A stretch of 45,114 nt of DNA, the filler included, from Catajapyx aquilonaris (Eukaryota): the NCBI GenBank assembly GCA_000934665.2. It is 2 parts of 2 records of this genome, joined end to end, with 100 filler letters (N's around TTAATTAATTAA, not from the genome) between each part and the next. Parts side by side here need not be neighbours in the genome. Positions count along the whole stretch, not along the records: positions 1 to 22,502 come from KZ539427.1; positions 22,603 to 45,114 come from JYFJ02005856.1. The stretch is one strand, 5' to 3'. Shown here piece after piece: positions 11,701 through 23,296 of the stretch. Position 1 is the first letter of the stretch. Each line of letters opens with the position of its first letter. The notes below the pieces were generated by a model that was not told the DNA's origin, did no database searches, and worked only from the letters and a program-made list of their open reading frames with translations. Made by a program: the position numbers and the translations under genes.

Positions 11701-13551
11701 TTATCCACATGTAGAGTGAATCAACAAGGATCCCTAATTTTGTGAATGTTCCTCATTCATGTGCTTTTTTTCTGCCACACACGTGAAGGGGCAAACCATT
11801 AGGACTCAGTAAGTACATCATTTGGTTTCTACTGATGCATGTAACATAATATTTTCTGCCTACTGGATAACAACTAAACAAAGACAACTTCTATAAGCAC
11901 AGTGGTCCTTCTCTGTTGATTCATCCTACATAAGATCACATTGGCACAAATTTGCATTCAGTCATTCTTAATCTGCATGCAGATGTATTTCCAGTCAGCT
12001 GGACACCACATAATTTTATACATAACATATGATCTTACAAGTACAGTAGTTTATCCAACTCCTTGGATTATCCGACCGTCCCGCTCCAGCAATACAGTCA
12101 AATGTCAATATAAAGCTCGCGCATATAATGCTTTCCTGCGTTTAATGCTCCTTTTTTTGGTTCCCTTGATCATTTCCATTGATCCCACATGTAACGCCAT
12201 CCCGCTTATAACGCTACTTTTGGGCGATCCCTTGAAGAGCGCTATATCGAGGTTTTACTATCAATGTATGTTTTCTCATCAAATACTGCAATGCAGGCCT
12301 ACTAATCATTTGTTTTGTATTGCCTTAGTTAAATTTTAAACAGCAGAGTGTGTACGTAAAAGATAAATACTTCTCTATTTCTTAGAAAAGCATAATATTG
12401 TAGATTATTACATGGTTTTTTAAATGCTTTTTGTTGTGTTTTCCTTTGCTCCTCGGATTATCTGACCTTGACTGTTATCCGACAATTCCCCAGTCCCGTG
12501 GGTGACGGATAATCAGGGTTGTTGTACTAAAACGTTAAAAAATTAAGATCTTTGATTACCTGTCTGGTTGACAACAAGGACATCAAGCACAATGTCATAT
12601 TGATTGACATGCACATAGGCCTCTGCATAGACCGGGTCAGAAAACCCAGTGAGCTGTGTGACTTTGTTTAGCTTGGAGGCAGCAATGTCAAGGGCCGCCC
12701 CATCCTTCTTGGTTACACCCATAGCCTGGCTTAGGCTCAGCTCAAAAACATTCTCACTCCCAGCAAGATCACCCTTTGAGGATAACTGCAAGAATGAGAT
12801 GGGGTCATCTGCTTGGACAGCCCTGGACTTGGCATCACTGCGGGACGATTGCTTCACTGTGGCCAACTCCTCCTCTGCCTTCTCTGCCAGCATTATTGAT
12901 AAGGCTTGACGGCAGTCAGACACAAATACCTAAAATAGCGGGCCAAAATGTGAGGAACAATTTGATATTCAATGTGTAAAAAGAGCAACACCACGCCATG
13001 GTATTCTACAGTGAAACTCTGTTGAACCCATGCACAGTACACACCTTAACCAACTGTGCTGGTCGCTCTGCAAGCACCTTGAGACATAGGGCAATTCTGT
13101 CTGCATCATCCTCAGTGACTGGTTTAGTAGGGAGTCCTGAGCGTCCCAAATGCAGCACAGAAGCCAATATTAGCATGGCCTCTGCACAAAAACGGTTCTG
13201 CTTGATGCAGTCCTCCTCGCTGTCTCCACAGAGAGAAGCATAACGCAGGGCCAACTTTGCCAAAGTAGGGCCAAGAGATGCTCCCAGGAAGAAGTCGCCA
13301 TCCATCAAGTATTGTCGGAGGGGTGGACGGTCCTGTGGTTTCTTTGGGGTACTTGACATGGTGGAGAAAGGACACATCAGAATGTAATTCTTGTACATTT
13401 AAAACAATTTTTGTGGTCTGCATCACATAAGGAGGAACAGACTTCGTTGTCATTTTACACGTAGTGTACAAATAAAATCCTATTTTAAAATCCTAATAAC
13501 TAGAAAAAATTAATGTCATCAATTAGATCAATTGATAGATTAGACAGTTGC

Positions 13552-13640
<89 letters not shown>

Positions 13641-16600
13641 TCATACCCCGTTATCAGCCATCGGCTCTTTAGGGGGGAAATTTGTTTTGCCCGGAACTCT
13701 TTGCTTTTCATTTTACTGTGCTCTTTGGGGTAGGATAGGGAAGGAAGGAAGCGGCTGTGGCCTATTAATTACGGAAGCAACTCCGGAATTTTCCTGGAAG
13801 GACCGTGGGAAACCACAGAAAACCACGGTCAGAGTTGCCGGCCCCGGGATTTTATCCCAGGACCTCCCGATTAGCAGTCGGACACCATATCCCCTCCTCC
13901 AAACTGCTTCGATGACACAGTTGCATAATCAATGATAAACCAAGGAAGTCATTAATCCCATACAAATAACACAGGATCAACCAGTGACTTCAAAATTACT
14001 ATGGTACTATCGCATACCAATTGTCTTTCTTTTCTACTGTTAATGAAGTGGGCCCCACTCCAAAAATATTTCTGGCTATGCTAGTGCTCAAAGCTTACCA
14101 TCATTCATGCAACTGGCTCTTAGTATATACTGCAACCAAAGGTCTATTCATCACTCACACTGCAGCACTAAAAGCAGACTGCGTAGCATATGTCCCATCA
14201 GGTGTCACCAACTTCTGAACTGGCATCTGCTGGGTCATTAGCGAATCATCCTGTTTCTCCCCAGCAGCCAAGCGCTGCTCATCCTCCACAATGGGAAGCT
14301 ACAGTGGGATATGATATACATGGATTGATCATATCTGTTGAAAAACACACAGGAACTAAATAAACGTACCTCTCCAAGCAACTGCCTGATCTGGTTCATC
14401 ACTGTCTGAATGTCTTCTGGTGAAGTAGCATACTCCCCAAGGATCCAAAGAGCAGCACGGTGGACACGCACCACTTTTATGCCCGGAAATGACTCCAAGA
14501 GACGCTGAAAAGGGGGCCATTATTGACGGCATAGCACTCCACAGGGAAAGTAACAGGAACTGTTAATGCCATGTGACTTTACAACCATAATTTGATGAAG
14601 ATTAAACAGCTAAATACGTTACTCCAATTTTACAACTACCAACACCTTTCCACAACAAGTCATATCCTACCTCAATGATGAGTGGTCTAAGGGGCTCAAA
14701 CTTCTGAATGGCTTCCCTGACAAAAACAAGCACATCCACTGCAGCTAACTCATTGGTATCAGAAAGAAATTCCATGAGAACAGGGATGACGGTTGCAGCC
14801 ACATCTGGAAACTTGATACAACAGGAGTGCAGAGTGCGAACCAGCAGTTGGCGATAGCGGCCCGTGTCCTCATGTTCCACCGTGTTGTGAGTCTTCGACA
14901 CCTCCTTCTTTAGCACCAAAACCATCTCTTCAATGTTGCGAGAGGACACCAGCTCCATTGCTAGCCAGGTGAAACAAACTTCAGTTAGTTGGGGGTTTCT
15001 GCCTTTTTTGTACTGACAGTTTACAATTAGGCAATGAAATAAATTGTGAATATTTTTCTCCAAGTTCCAATTAATGAACATTCAAGCAACAAATTAGGTA
15101 GGTCAAGAGCGAAGTCCAGATTGCAATAGGAACATAAATTTAGGAGTCAGATGAATAGTGAATTTACCATCTCTAATCAACTCTGACCCATATCGTAAAT
15201 TTATATGAAATGTTAGGTTAACAAGTTTAAGTTATGTAGTAAACTCCTACAAAAGTACAACAACATGAATTGAGGTGCTCAGAGGAAGAACGGCATAGCC
15301 CAACTTGAGTTCATTTTGAGAAAAATGATGGACAAATTTTACAAGTGGAATATGTGAGCTTTGACATATCCCAATTCATTTGGTACTTCAGCACATGAAA
15401 GGTAGATGGCAGGAGAGTACAACAGCACTACAATCTCAAAATTGGAGGTCAGTTGGGATATGCCGTTCTTCCTCTGAGTACCTCAATTGTGTATATTTAA
15501 CACTTAATCACCAACGTGGGGTCATTTTGGACCCCACAATGTAGTTAATACCATCGCGATTAATAAATTTGATATGAAATGAATAATGGCAGGCCTATCT
15601 ATATTCCTCAGACATACTTTCTTCGATCCAATGACAAATTTTGACATCAGTAGAATTTTTTTTTGTTGAGTTAACGGTACTTTTATGCTGCTAAGAGTCC
15701 CTGTGGGGTCCAGATATACCCCACGTCGTAGCCAATGTACATAATTTTTTAGAGAACCCATCACAGCAAATTGTATTTTATAAAGTGTGAGTGTTGTTAT
15801 TCAGCAATAAATATTGCTCAGAACTAAAATCTTGCCAACCCTGCAGCTGGGAATGTTTACGTTATAAGCCATTACTTACTGCATCGAGCTGGAAGGCTAC
15901 GAAGCTGCAATAACGGAGTCTCAAGTCCCTTATGACTCAACTAATGGTCACAGGAGATCGAATTTTTTTTACACATACAGATGAGAATACAGGCCGAATT
16001 TAGCGGGGAAGAATGGCTTTAGTGCTATTAAGTCAAATTTTTTAAAAAATGAAAACTGCGTGGGGTCCGTAAAGACCCCACGTCGTAGCCAATGTATGGC
16101 AGATTCACGTTGGTGATTAAGTGTTAAGTGAAGTTTTAAGTCTCTAAGCATCAGCCAAAGTATATGAGCCCGCCTAGTCATTTAGATTCAAATTAACATC
16201 AACTCCATGTCCAAACCTGTGCAAATCCCATTCATTAAGCCATAAATTTGAGTTGCCCAAACCAAAGTAGGATTTGCAGTTGTCATCAACCTGTTAACGG
16301 AACCCTGCAGGGAGGTATTTTTAGTTTTACGTACAACTGTAGCCGTGTGTCTTTAGTTTTAATAGAGTAGGTCATGAATTGTTTATGGCTGCTTTGCCTG
16401 TAGTGAGAAAAAAATTGGGAGAAGTTGTAGAAGCTATCATTAGAATATAAGAATACTCCAAGCTAAGTACAGTACATATAACTATAGGCTTGGTCTAACA
16501 GGCCCTCCTCCATTCTAAAATGCATCTGCATGAAGGGTTCATCAGTTTTGGAAAACAATAATTTCATCTTGTTCCAGTTAACCATTTGTTGTCTATTATA

Positions 16601-18972
16601 ATACAACCACACAAAATAATTTTTTTTAATGCACTGGTATAATCCCGATGGAAATTTCTTTCACCATAGCCTTAGGTAACTCTTCTTGTTTCTATGTATT
16701 TATGCCACCTGTGTCGTATTTTTAATGGTACGACGTCATAGGCCAAAGGTCTCACTCATTGTAAAGAAACACTTACTGCACAAATTTAAATACACATAGC
16801 TCCCTGCCAAATATTTCCCGGTAAGTGGACAAAAGTGTCCTTGCTCCTAATTGGCCGGGCGGACTGCTCAGAGCTCTAGGCAGTGGCCGCTTGCCACCTG
16901 GTGGCTCACAAGACTTCTGTTTAAACTAGACCTTTGAAAATTTTTAAATTGACACTTCATGTTTTCATAATTTATCAGAGGGAGTGGGCAAACATGTAGA
17001 ATTATCTTGGATTATTACGAGGGGTGGAATCCGCCTAAAAAAACCATGTAGATGTCGCAATAGGATAAAGTCACCTTCTCGTGCATAGCATATGGACAAA
17101 ATGTTTATTCTGTTCCCAACCCCTGGGTCGCCTTCATGTTTTTAGTGGTCGTGAGGAAGGCAAGGAAAAGGCAATTAAAATCAAGAGGAAAAAAACAGAA
17201 GAAAAAAACAAGGCAAAGAAAATTTAAGGGTGGAAATTCATCTCAAATCTACATAAGCATTGTGCCAGGGTGAACATTTTGGTGATAATTCTTCTTGGAA
17301 AAATCCAGGATGGGGTCATACGGGTCGCCCGACAAGTTGTCCATAGGGTCGCGACGAAATCAGGTTGGGAATAATGCTGGATAGTCAGGATAAACATGTT
17401 GTCAATAGAGTTGTACCATTCTTTTTTATGAGAGAGACTGTACATGGTTCTCTCATGATGCAACTTGGGTTTGTAGGTCTCAGACGCTTCAGCCCCATCT
17501 TGTGCATGAATCGAGAGCGAAACCAATGGTGCCAGATCCAGTGATTTTCACCTAGGGCGCTATTTTTAAACCCCCCACGCAAAGAGTGCATAATGCAGCG
17601 GGAGACAAAAGGTTAACCAATAAATTCTTCGATACAAAATTATGACAACACATCTAACATTCGAAGCTAGCCTGAAGATTGCATGGGCTATCTGCCAAAA
17701 GAATTGCATTGCACATATTAAAAGGTGTATATCTTGCTGATTTGGTCCCCATGTGTAAGCCAATCATCCCTGATTGCTTCAATAACTGACAAAAATAAAC
17801 AGAATAGAACAGCTAGGGGTTCACCTTGCATAACACCCTGCTTAATGTTCATTGCTGGACGAGTCTTTAAAATTGCAGATATAAGACTCTTCTAGCCTAT
17901 GGACTGACCTAGATTAAGAGTCTTCTTCCTGACTTCAAGGTCTGGTGATGACAAGACCCTCAGGATATCCATGACAAGATCTTGTAGCACCCTCTCGTGA
18001 GTGGGGTGATCCTTCAGAGCCACCAGCCTGTCCAACACAATCAGCTTAACATTGTTATCACTCTCCTTCACTATCAGATCAATGTAGCAACTGGCAGCAG
18101 CTTTGATGGCTGTTGGAGCAGTGGACAATGTAACTAGAGTGCCAGCTGCCTCATAGCGAACTGCTGCTGAACTTGAGTTCAGCAGGTTGTAGATGCAACG
18201 GATGAAGCGTGAACGCTCAGAGGGGTTTGCATGACAAACCTACAAACATAAGAAATAGGAGATACAGTTAGTAGTAATAAAAACTCTTCCTGTGGGAGTT
18301 CAGCGAACTTCACTGAACTATGTTAACACACTGTTCAAACACCTCATGTCAAACTGACACCAACCTTGTAGATGAGTTCAACGATGACAAGCTGCAAGAT
18401 GTCTCCAAAGGAGTTCACCTGATCAACACATGAACTGAGGTAATTGAGAGCTCGGTCTTGATCAACATGTACCAGCATCATGAAAGCATTGCGCTTGCAG
18501 CTCATGTCCTGCTCCTGCTCCAGGAAGCTGGCAATCAGCTCTGGGGCATCCGGGATCAGAAACTCAAAGTTGCGATAGATTGTGAAGATGGCCAGGACAG
18601 CATTGCGGCGCACATAGGAATGCCGATGCTCCAGGCAGTTTCGGATGGCTGGCATGAGGGGCTCCAGCAGCTCAGGCTCCTTCAGCTTACACAGAAAGCG
18701 GAGGGTGGAACCACGGATGAACTCATTGGGATGTTGCAGGTCCTTGCGGTACGCATCACACACCAAGATCATCTCCTGCATAAGTTTGCCATCTTGTGTG
18801 GTCTTGGGAACAATTTCCCAAAAGACAAGCAGCAACTTCTTGATGGTGTGGTCTTGCAAGGGCAGCACAAACCGTATTATGGTCATCAACAAACCAGGCA
18901 GTTTTTCGCCATTTAGAATCATGTAGATGGTCTTCTTCAGAGCTTCAATCTTCTGCTTCACATCCCCCTTTT
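8731..18972 (-). CDS. COPB1: Coatomer subunit beta; exons 18972-18365, 18239-17909, 14960-14671, 14504-14370, 14298-14159, 13351-13045, 12929-12560, 11614-11453, 11316-11081, 10055-9903, 8805-8731; first coding exon (~30 aa) not found
   Basis: Highly conserved beta-COP peptides ([99 protein letters not shown]); GT-AG boundaries and phases are consistent; stop TAA at 8733-8731. Confidence 0.97.
9153..9435. mobile_element. Foldback MITE (Tc1/mariner-type, TA TSD) in the last COPB1 intron
   Basis: Termini CAGTGCTGGACATTAATT / AATTAATGTCCAGCACTG; almost the whole 283 bp is an imperfect palindrome; flanked by TA. Confidence 0.85.
10481..10733. mobile_element. Degenerate MITE
   Basis: Inverted termini ATATCGTAGCTCTGGAGTCAAAACAGCATAACTCG / CGAGTTACGTGGTTTTGACTCCACAGTGCCGATAT. 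Confidence 0.6.
12044..12524. mobile_element. pogo/Tigger-like MITE with a second Tigger-like MITE nested at about 12095-12260
   Basis: Outer TA-CAGTAG start with GGATTATCCGAC / CGGATAATC subterminal motifs; inner termini CAGTCAAATGTCAATATAAAGCTC / GAGCGCTATATCGAGGTTTTACTA. Confidence 0.55.
13552..13640. repeat. (AAT)n microsatellite, about 29-30 units, forming the SINE tail
   Basis: Perfect trinucleotide run. Confidence 0.98.
13557..13916 (-). mobile_element. tRNA-derived SINE with (ATT)n tail, resembling insect Lm1/Talua-type SINEs
   Basis: 13-bp TSD ACAGTTGCATAAT at 13544-13556 and 13917-13929; body GGAAGGAAGCGGCTGTGGCC...GGAAACCACAGAAAACC...CCCAGGACCTCCCG; family resemblance is from memory. 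Confidence 0.8.
15272..15484. mobile_element. MITE with GAG..CTC termini and 4-bp AATT TSD (Sola-like)
   Basis: About 34-bp TIR GAGGTGCTCAGAGGAAGAACGGCATAGCCCAACT / AGTTGGGATATGCCGTTCTTCCTCTGAGTACCTC; AATT at 15268-15271 and 15485-15488. Confidence 0.8.
15501..16123. mobile_element. piggyBac-like non-autonomous element
   Basis: TTAA TSD (15497-15500, 16124-16127); perfect 18-bp TIR CACTTAATCACCAACGTG; internal direct repeat GTGGGGTCC..CCCCACGTCGTAGCCAATGTA near 15702 and 16059. Confidence 0.88.
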
Positions 18973-19230
18973 CTGAAAATGTCCAATGTAAAATACATAA
19001 GGTTTTTTCTCTCTTACCAGGAACTGAGCACTTGTAAAGTGAATTCCTCAGCCTTGTGGACTATACATTATTTTGCACTTTTTGTTGCAGTATGCCAAGA
19101 AAATCAACATCATTCAGATATGAACCTGTCTAAATTATCACCATATGAAAAAAGGCAGCATATCTCAAAAGTCTAAGTACATTAGAAAATAAAAGAATTG
19201 GTGAGGTAAGAATTACCTAGGTCACATGTC

Positions 19231-19418
19231 ACAAGTCTAAAATGTAGGGGTGAAAAATATCGAAAACCCAGCTGTTAACTATGTAAACCAATGATGAACA
19301 TTTGCCTACCCTCATACGGAGGATATGCCTGCCAATGTGTAGGGTAAACCAATATTCGTCGTCTACGTGGTGAACAGTTGGATTTTCTACATTTCTCACC
19401 CCTACATTATCAACTTGT
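19231..19418. mobile_element. Palindromic MITE
   Basis: Arms ACAAGTCTAAAATGTAGGGGTGAAAAAT... / ...ATTTCTCACCCCTACATTATCAACTTGT. Confidence 0.7.
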
Positions 19419-19526
19419 ATTTGGTCAACAAGTACACTAGTAGTAGTTTGACCTGGCATCCAGACTCACTCTGCCAATACTAATACCCGATTTCTCGAAC
19501 AGTGGTTCAAATGTAAACCCGGTTCA

Positions 19527-20322
19527 TTTGTCTATGTAATGATATATTTGAAACTCAGAAATCGCCATTTGTGTAATCATAATTAAGTTAATTGCACACA
19601 CCTGTTATCTCGCCCATTTACAATCCGAATTACTTTGCGACTGTATCGATGGCAAGCCAGAAATGTGTGTGATGAAATTACATCGTGCTCTATTACACTA
19701 AAAAATTTTAATGTATTTAAAAGTATCGCCGTCTATTCTGGCCAGAAAGCGGGCTGAGTACTTGTCAATAAACCGACTAAACCAATACTTTTAAAATTTT
19801 TAGTGTAATAGAGCACGATGTGATTTTATCACGCACATTTCTGGCTTGCCGTTGATACATTCGCGAAGTAATTTGGATTTTTTTTTTTTTGCATTATCCC
19901 ATTGGGAGTTACATCTCCTTTAGGGGGGTGGAATAACCACCATCTGGGTGGAACCAGCATACTAAGATAGTATTTAGTGTGTTCCAAGGGTAGGTAGGAG
20001 GGGATGTGCAAAGTGCATGTGCAATGTCTCTAACGGTCATTTTGTGAACTCCCCCGGGTGGCTTAGTCTATCGGAAATTGCCACCCGAAATGAAGCCAGA
20101 GATGGCCCAACTCTGCACGGATAAAGGTGGGAACCCCGGGTGGGGATTGAACCCGGGACCTTAATATCCGTGGGCGCGCGCGTTACCGCGGCGCCACTTC
20201 ATCTCCCCGCAGTAATTTTGATTATAAACGGCCGAGATAACAGGTGTGCAATTAACTTAATTATGATTACACAAATGGCGATTTCTACATTTTAAATACC
20301 GGTATATCATTACATAGACAAA
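19527..20322. mobile_element. Long foldback element interrupted by a SINE
   Basis: Left arm 19527 to about 19720 pairs with 19785-19879 plus 20209-20322 (e.g. AGAAATCGCCATTTGTGTAATCATAATTAAGTTAATTGCACA / TGTGCAATTAACTTAATTATGATTACACAAATGGCGATTTCT). Confidence 0.8.
19880..20208 (-). mobile_element. tRNA-derived SINE with poly(A) tail
   Basis: Head GGGGAGATGAAGTGGCGCCGCGG (A box)...GGTTCAATCCC (B box); T-run at 19878-19890; about 15-bp TSD GAAGTAATTTGGATT / GCAGTAATTTTGATT. Confidence 0.85.
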
Positions 20323-21164
20323 GACTTGCACTATCCAGGGTTCACAGGGAAAAATTTTTGGCCTCCGAGAAGTGTCATGAAAAATTCATTTTGCGGCATA
20401 TCGTCGGCAACTAGTCAAAAAATGTCACTTCAAATTGGATGTCCCTCTCTCCACCTTCTAGACTTGCTGACTGGCGTTTATTTACATGCCGGTAAAGACT
20501 CCCGCAGAAGTTCAGACCGTTCGGGGAAATGGGGAGGACACAACATGTGGCAACGGCGCAATCCAAACGTGGACGTGGCGTTCGCATAGTAACCTAGTTT
20601 GTTTACGCTCGAGAAATTCGCACACTTGGAAGGGGAGTTTAAACTTAATCCAGCATGTAGACGCAAACCCAGTTCAAACAGACTTGAAGCACTGTTCGAG
20701 AAATCGGGCATAAGCAAGTCACAGTAACAATGGCAACATAAGTGAAGTTCAGTTTCTGAATGAGTACTCCCTTAGTGAGCAGTTAACAGCACTGCCATCC
20801 GTAGCAAAATGCCCCATCTGCACTGAGCAGAGAGATGAACATTGCTAGAGCCTGGATAATCTGAGCTTGGCATTACTGCACATTGCAGAAACAGCTTTTA
20901 TGCTATGCAGGGCAGAACAGCATTCATTGTTCCACAGGGATATGATCTGTGGTATTGAGAGAATGTGTAGATGCCTCAGTGTCAATATTTTACCAAGAAT
21001 GCGCTTATTCATGTCTTTACAATATGACCATTATATCACAAAACTTCCATGATATCATACATTACAGCATTCATAACTTGTGAATCTGTTGCAATCACAA
21101 ATTTAATTATTAATATGAATGATAATCTCTCTCAAATATAGAATCCAATCTATATAACCTAGTA

Positions 21165-21315
21165 CAGTGCTGGCCAATAATCGAGGCAACCGCCAGCGAA
21201 GCGGCAGAAGAAGGAATCGAAGATAAGCATGCTACAAGCCGGGCGAGCCAGATTCCTTCTTCTGCCGCTTCGGAAAAATGTCACTGGTGGTTGCCTCGAT
21301 TATTAGCCAGCACTG
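21165..21315. mobile_element. Foldback MITE sharing CAGTGCTGG termini with the 9153 element
   Basis: CAGTGCTGGCCAATAATCGAGGCAACC / GGTTGCCTCGATTATTAGCCAGCACTG; TA flanks; internal GAAGCGGCAGAAGAAGGAATC palindrome arms. Confidence 0.82.
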
Positions 21316-22428
21316 TACTGAATATTCTTGAATACCATGAAGTGACATTTTGACCATTGACACATCCAACATGGCTTGTTTTAGCAGATATGCCAGTAAC
21401 AATAACGTACATTCAGCAATAAGCTTATGCCGCTTTTACATGTGCACGTTTTGATTAGCGATTTGCAGTGATGAGCATCGCTGAGCAATGCGAGTTGTGG
21501 CGGTTCTGACATCATTATGCAAGTGATAATGCTTTTACATTGCATATGCGCTTACAAGCCAGCAATTTGCATCGCCCGTGCGAAGGACGATGGGAAGGAG
21601 ACAAAAGACAATCTAGTTGTTTATCGCTCGAATTTTGGAATGACAAGAAGCTTCATGTTGAATGGAACATAAACAGTCAGGTGCCTTCATGTCGCCATGT
21701 GCCGTCACAGTATTGCTACTCAAATACGCCATGGTGTGCTGCTCCTTCATTGTTCAGTTTGCTTCTGTTTGTGGGTTTTTCTGTGACACCATGGATACAC
21801 AGTGATTTGCAGCAATGTGACATCGCCATCGTCTATTTCAAACGGACCTGAGCGATGTCATCGCTGATGCCCTCCCTTCTTCAATGCAATTGCTACTTTC
21901 GGCCAAAATCAATGCTTTCATCACTCACAGTAAACACAGCCTGAAGTCTGGCCACAAACTAGAGTAGAGGAAATGGATCCCTAGGCAGATTGTAGTTCAG
22001 CTTTTGGCTGATATTTCCTCACCATCGCCTAACTTTATAGCAGTGCTTCAATTTCCCCCGCTCACAAACGATATCCAGCATGGCTCCGCCCAAGACAGAA
22101 GTTTGTTGCAGGCTTGCAGAGTTGTACTTTCTACGAGGGCCGTACTAAAATGGGTAATTGTGCAGTTTAGAGGGCCATGACCTACAGCCGTTCTCGTGAT
22201 ACTCGCTATTAAACTAAGTGTCTAGATACCTAGGGCTGCCTCTTCCGAGGCGCGGAAGACCTATTTCAGCGCAAACACCCGTGTAGAACCGAAGTTACGA
22301 ACATATGAACACAACGGCCACACATTCCATTACTCCTCGCGGCGCCATATTTTATAGGGCTCCTCGGCTCGGCCTGAGTTGATACCAATGGTTGCACCTC
22401 TCGATACTCGATACCCTATCTAATAGAT

Positions 22429-22490
22429 GAAGATAGGGGTGTATCCGCTGAAGGTAGGGGTGTATCCGCTGAAGATAGGGCTGTATCCGC
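22429..22490. repeat. 21-bp tandem repeat x3 next to the contig end
   Basis: GAAGATAGGGGTGTATCCGCT repeated three times with single substitutions. Confidence 0.85.
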
Positions 22491-22502
22491 AATTTCGGAG
22501 GT

Positions 22503-22602
22503 NNNNNNNNNNNNNNNNNNNNNNNNNNNNNNNNNNNNNNNNNNNNTTAATTAATTAANNNNNNNNNNNNNNNNNNNNNNNNNNNNNNNNNNNNNNNNNN
22601 NN
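22503..22602. other. Artificial contig-joining linker N44-TTAATTAATTAA-N44
   Basis: TTAATTAATTAA at 22547-22558 places stops in all six frames and sits symmetrically in a 100-nt spacer. Confidence 0.92.
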
Positions 22603-23296
22603 GGGGGGGAATCACGTACGCATTGATTCAACTAATCTTCTAATGAAATAAAAAGTTATCACGTGGTAACACTTCCTGGAAAGAATACAATCACTCTTGC
22701 TTGCAGGCAAATAATGTCTCTTGCTAAGTTAGTCAGGTGTCAAATTAGTTTCTAAACTAAATTCCTTCAAATTTAATAGCCAAGTATAACTTATATTAAA
22801 TTGATATTATTAACAAAATCAAGAAGCTGGCTATGTGTCTTGTTTCCAACCCCATAAGGCAAATGCATGGAATGATAATAAACCATAATCTTCTCGAAAA
22901 GTTTTATAGGCCTATGCCACCCAATCTTATCAGTTCGAAAGCAATGTACAAATATATTTTTCTAATTAATGCAGTGGGGCAAAAAAATTTACTTCCTGGA
23001 TTATCTCACTGCCCGACACCGCATATCCTCTGACATTAGTTATAAAGCAGGGTGAAATGTTCATGAACCTATCGCATTCTGTCGTTGTAACATTTGTGAC
23101 GTATGGGGTTTGGGGGAGCACTACAAATATTTCCCTGCGCACTTTCGCCACCGGAAGGTCTGTTAGATATTGATATCAAGTCTTGGAAAGCAGCGCAAAC
23201 CGGCTAATAATTTCCGATTCATAATTTGTGCAAATTATAATAAGAGTGAGTCGAGCGTAGGGCATCCAGTCGGCAGCCAATTCAATCCTGAGCAGC

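Noticed and set aside
13513..13935. Poly-Ile, poly-Leu and poly-Asn ORFs
   Set aside because: Translations of the (AAT)n microsatellite and SINE
18458..18926. Plus-strand ORFs of 152 and 93 aa (similarly 38342-38866 on the - strand)
   Set aside because: Antisense shadows of COPB1 and TBC1D9 exons
19213..19225. GACCTAG|GTAATT as the end (DLE) of the missing COPB1 exon
   Set aside because: Upstream codons do not resemble beta-COP and run into a palindromic MITE
20130..20208. tRNA gene candidates here and at 33350-33424
   Set aside because: They are SINE heads: followed by SINE body, tail and TSD, with no complete cloverleaf evident
21465..21512. C/D-box-like motifs (GTGATGA...CTGA) as a snoRNA
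   Set aside because: Too short, on the strand opposite COPB1, and part of a locally repeated GCGAT/CATCGCTG motif
21470..21548. Minus-strand MQCKSIITCIMMSEPPQLALL resembling the beta-COP N-terminus (C...SEPP)
   Set aside because: No GT donor at the required phase, lacks the strongly conserved CYTLIN, and lies in repeat-like sequence; probably coincidence
22429..22490. CRISPR-like repeat array
   Set aside because: Simple head-to-tail tandem repeat with no spacers, in a eukaryotic context
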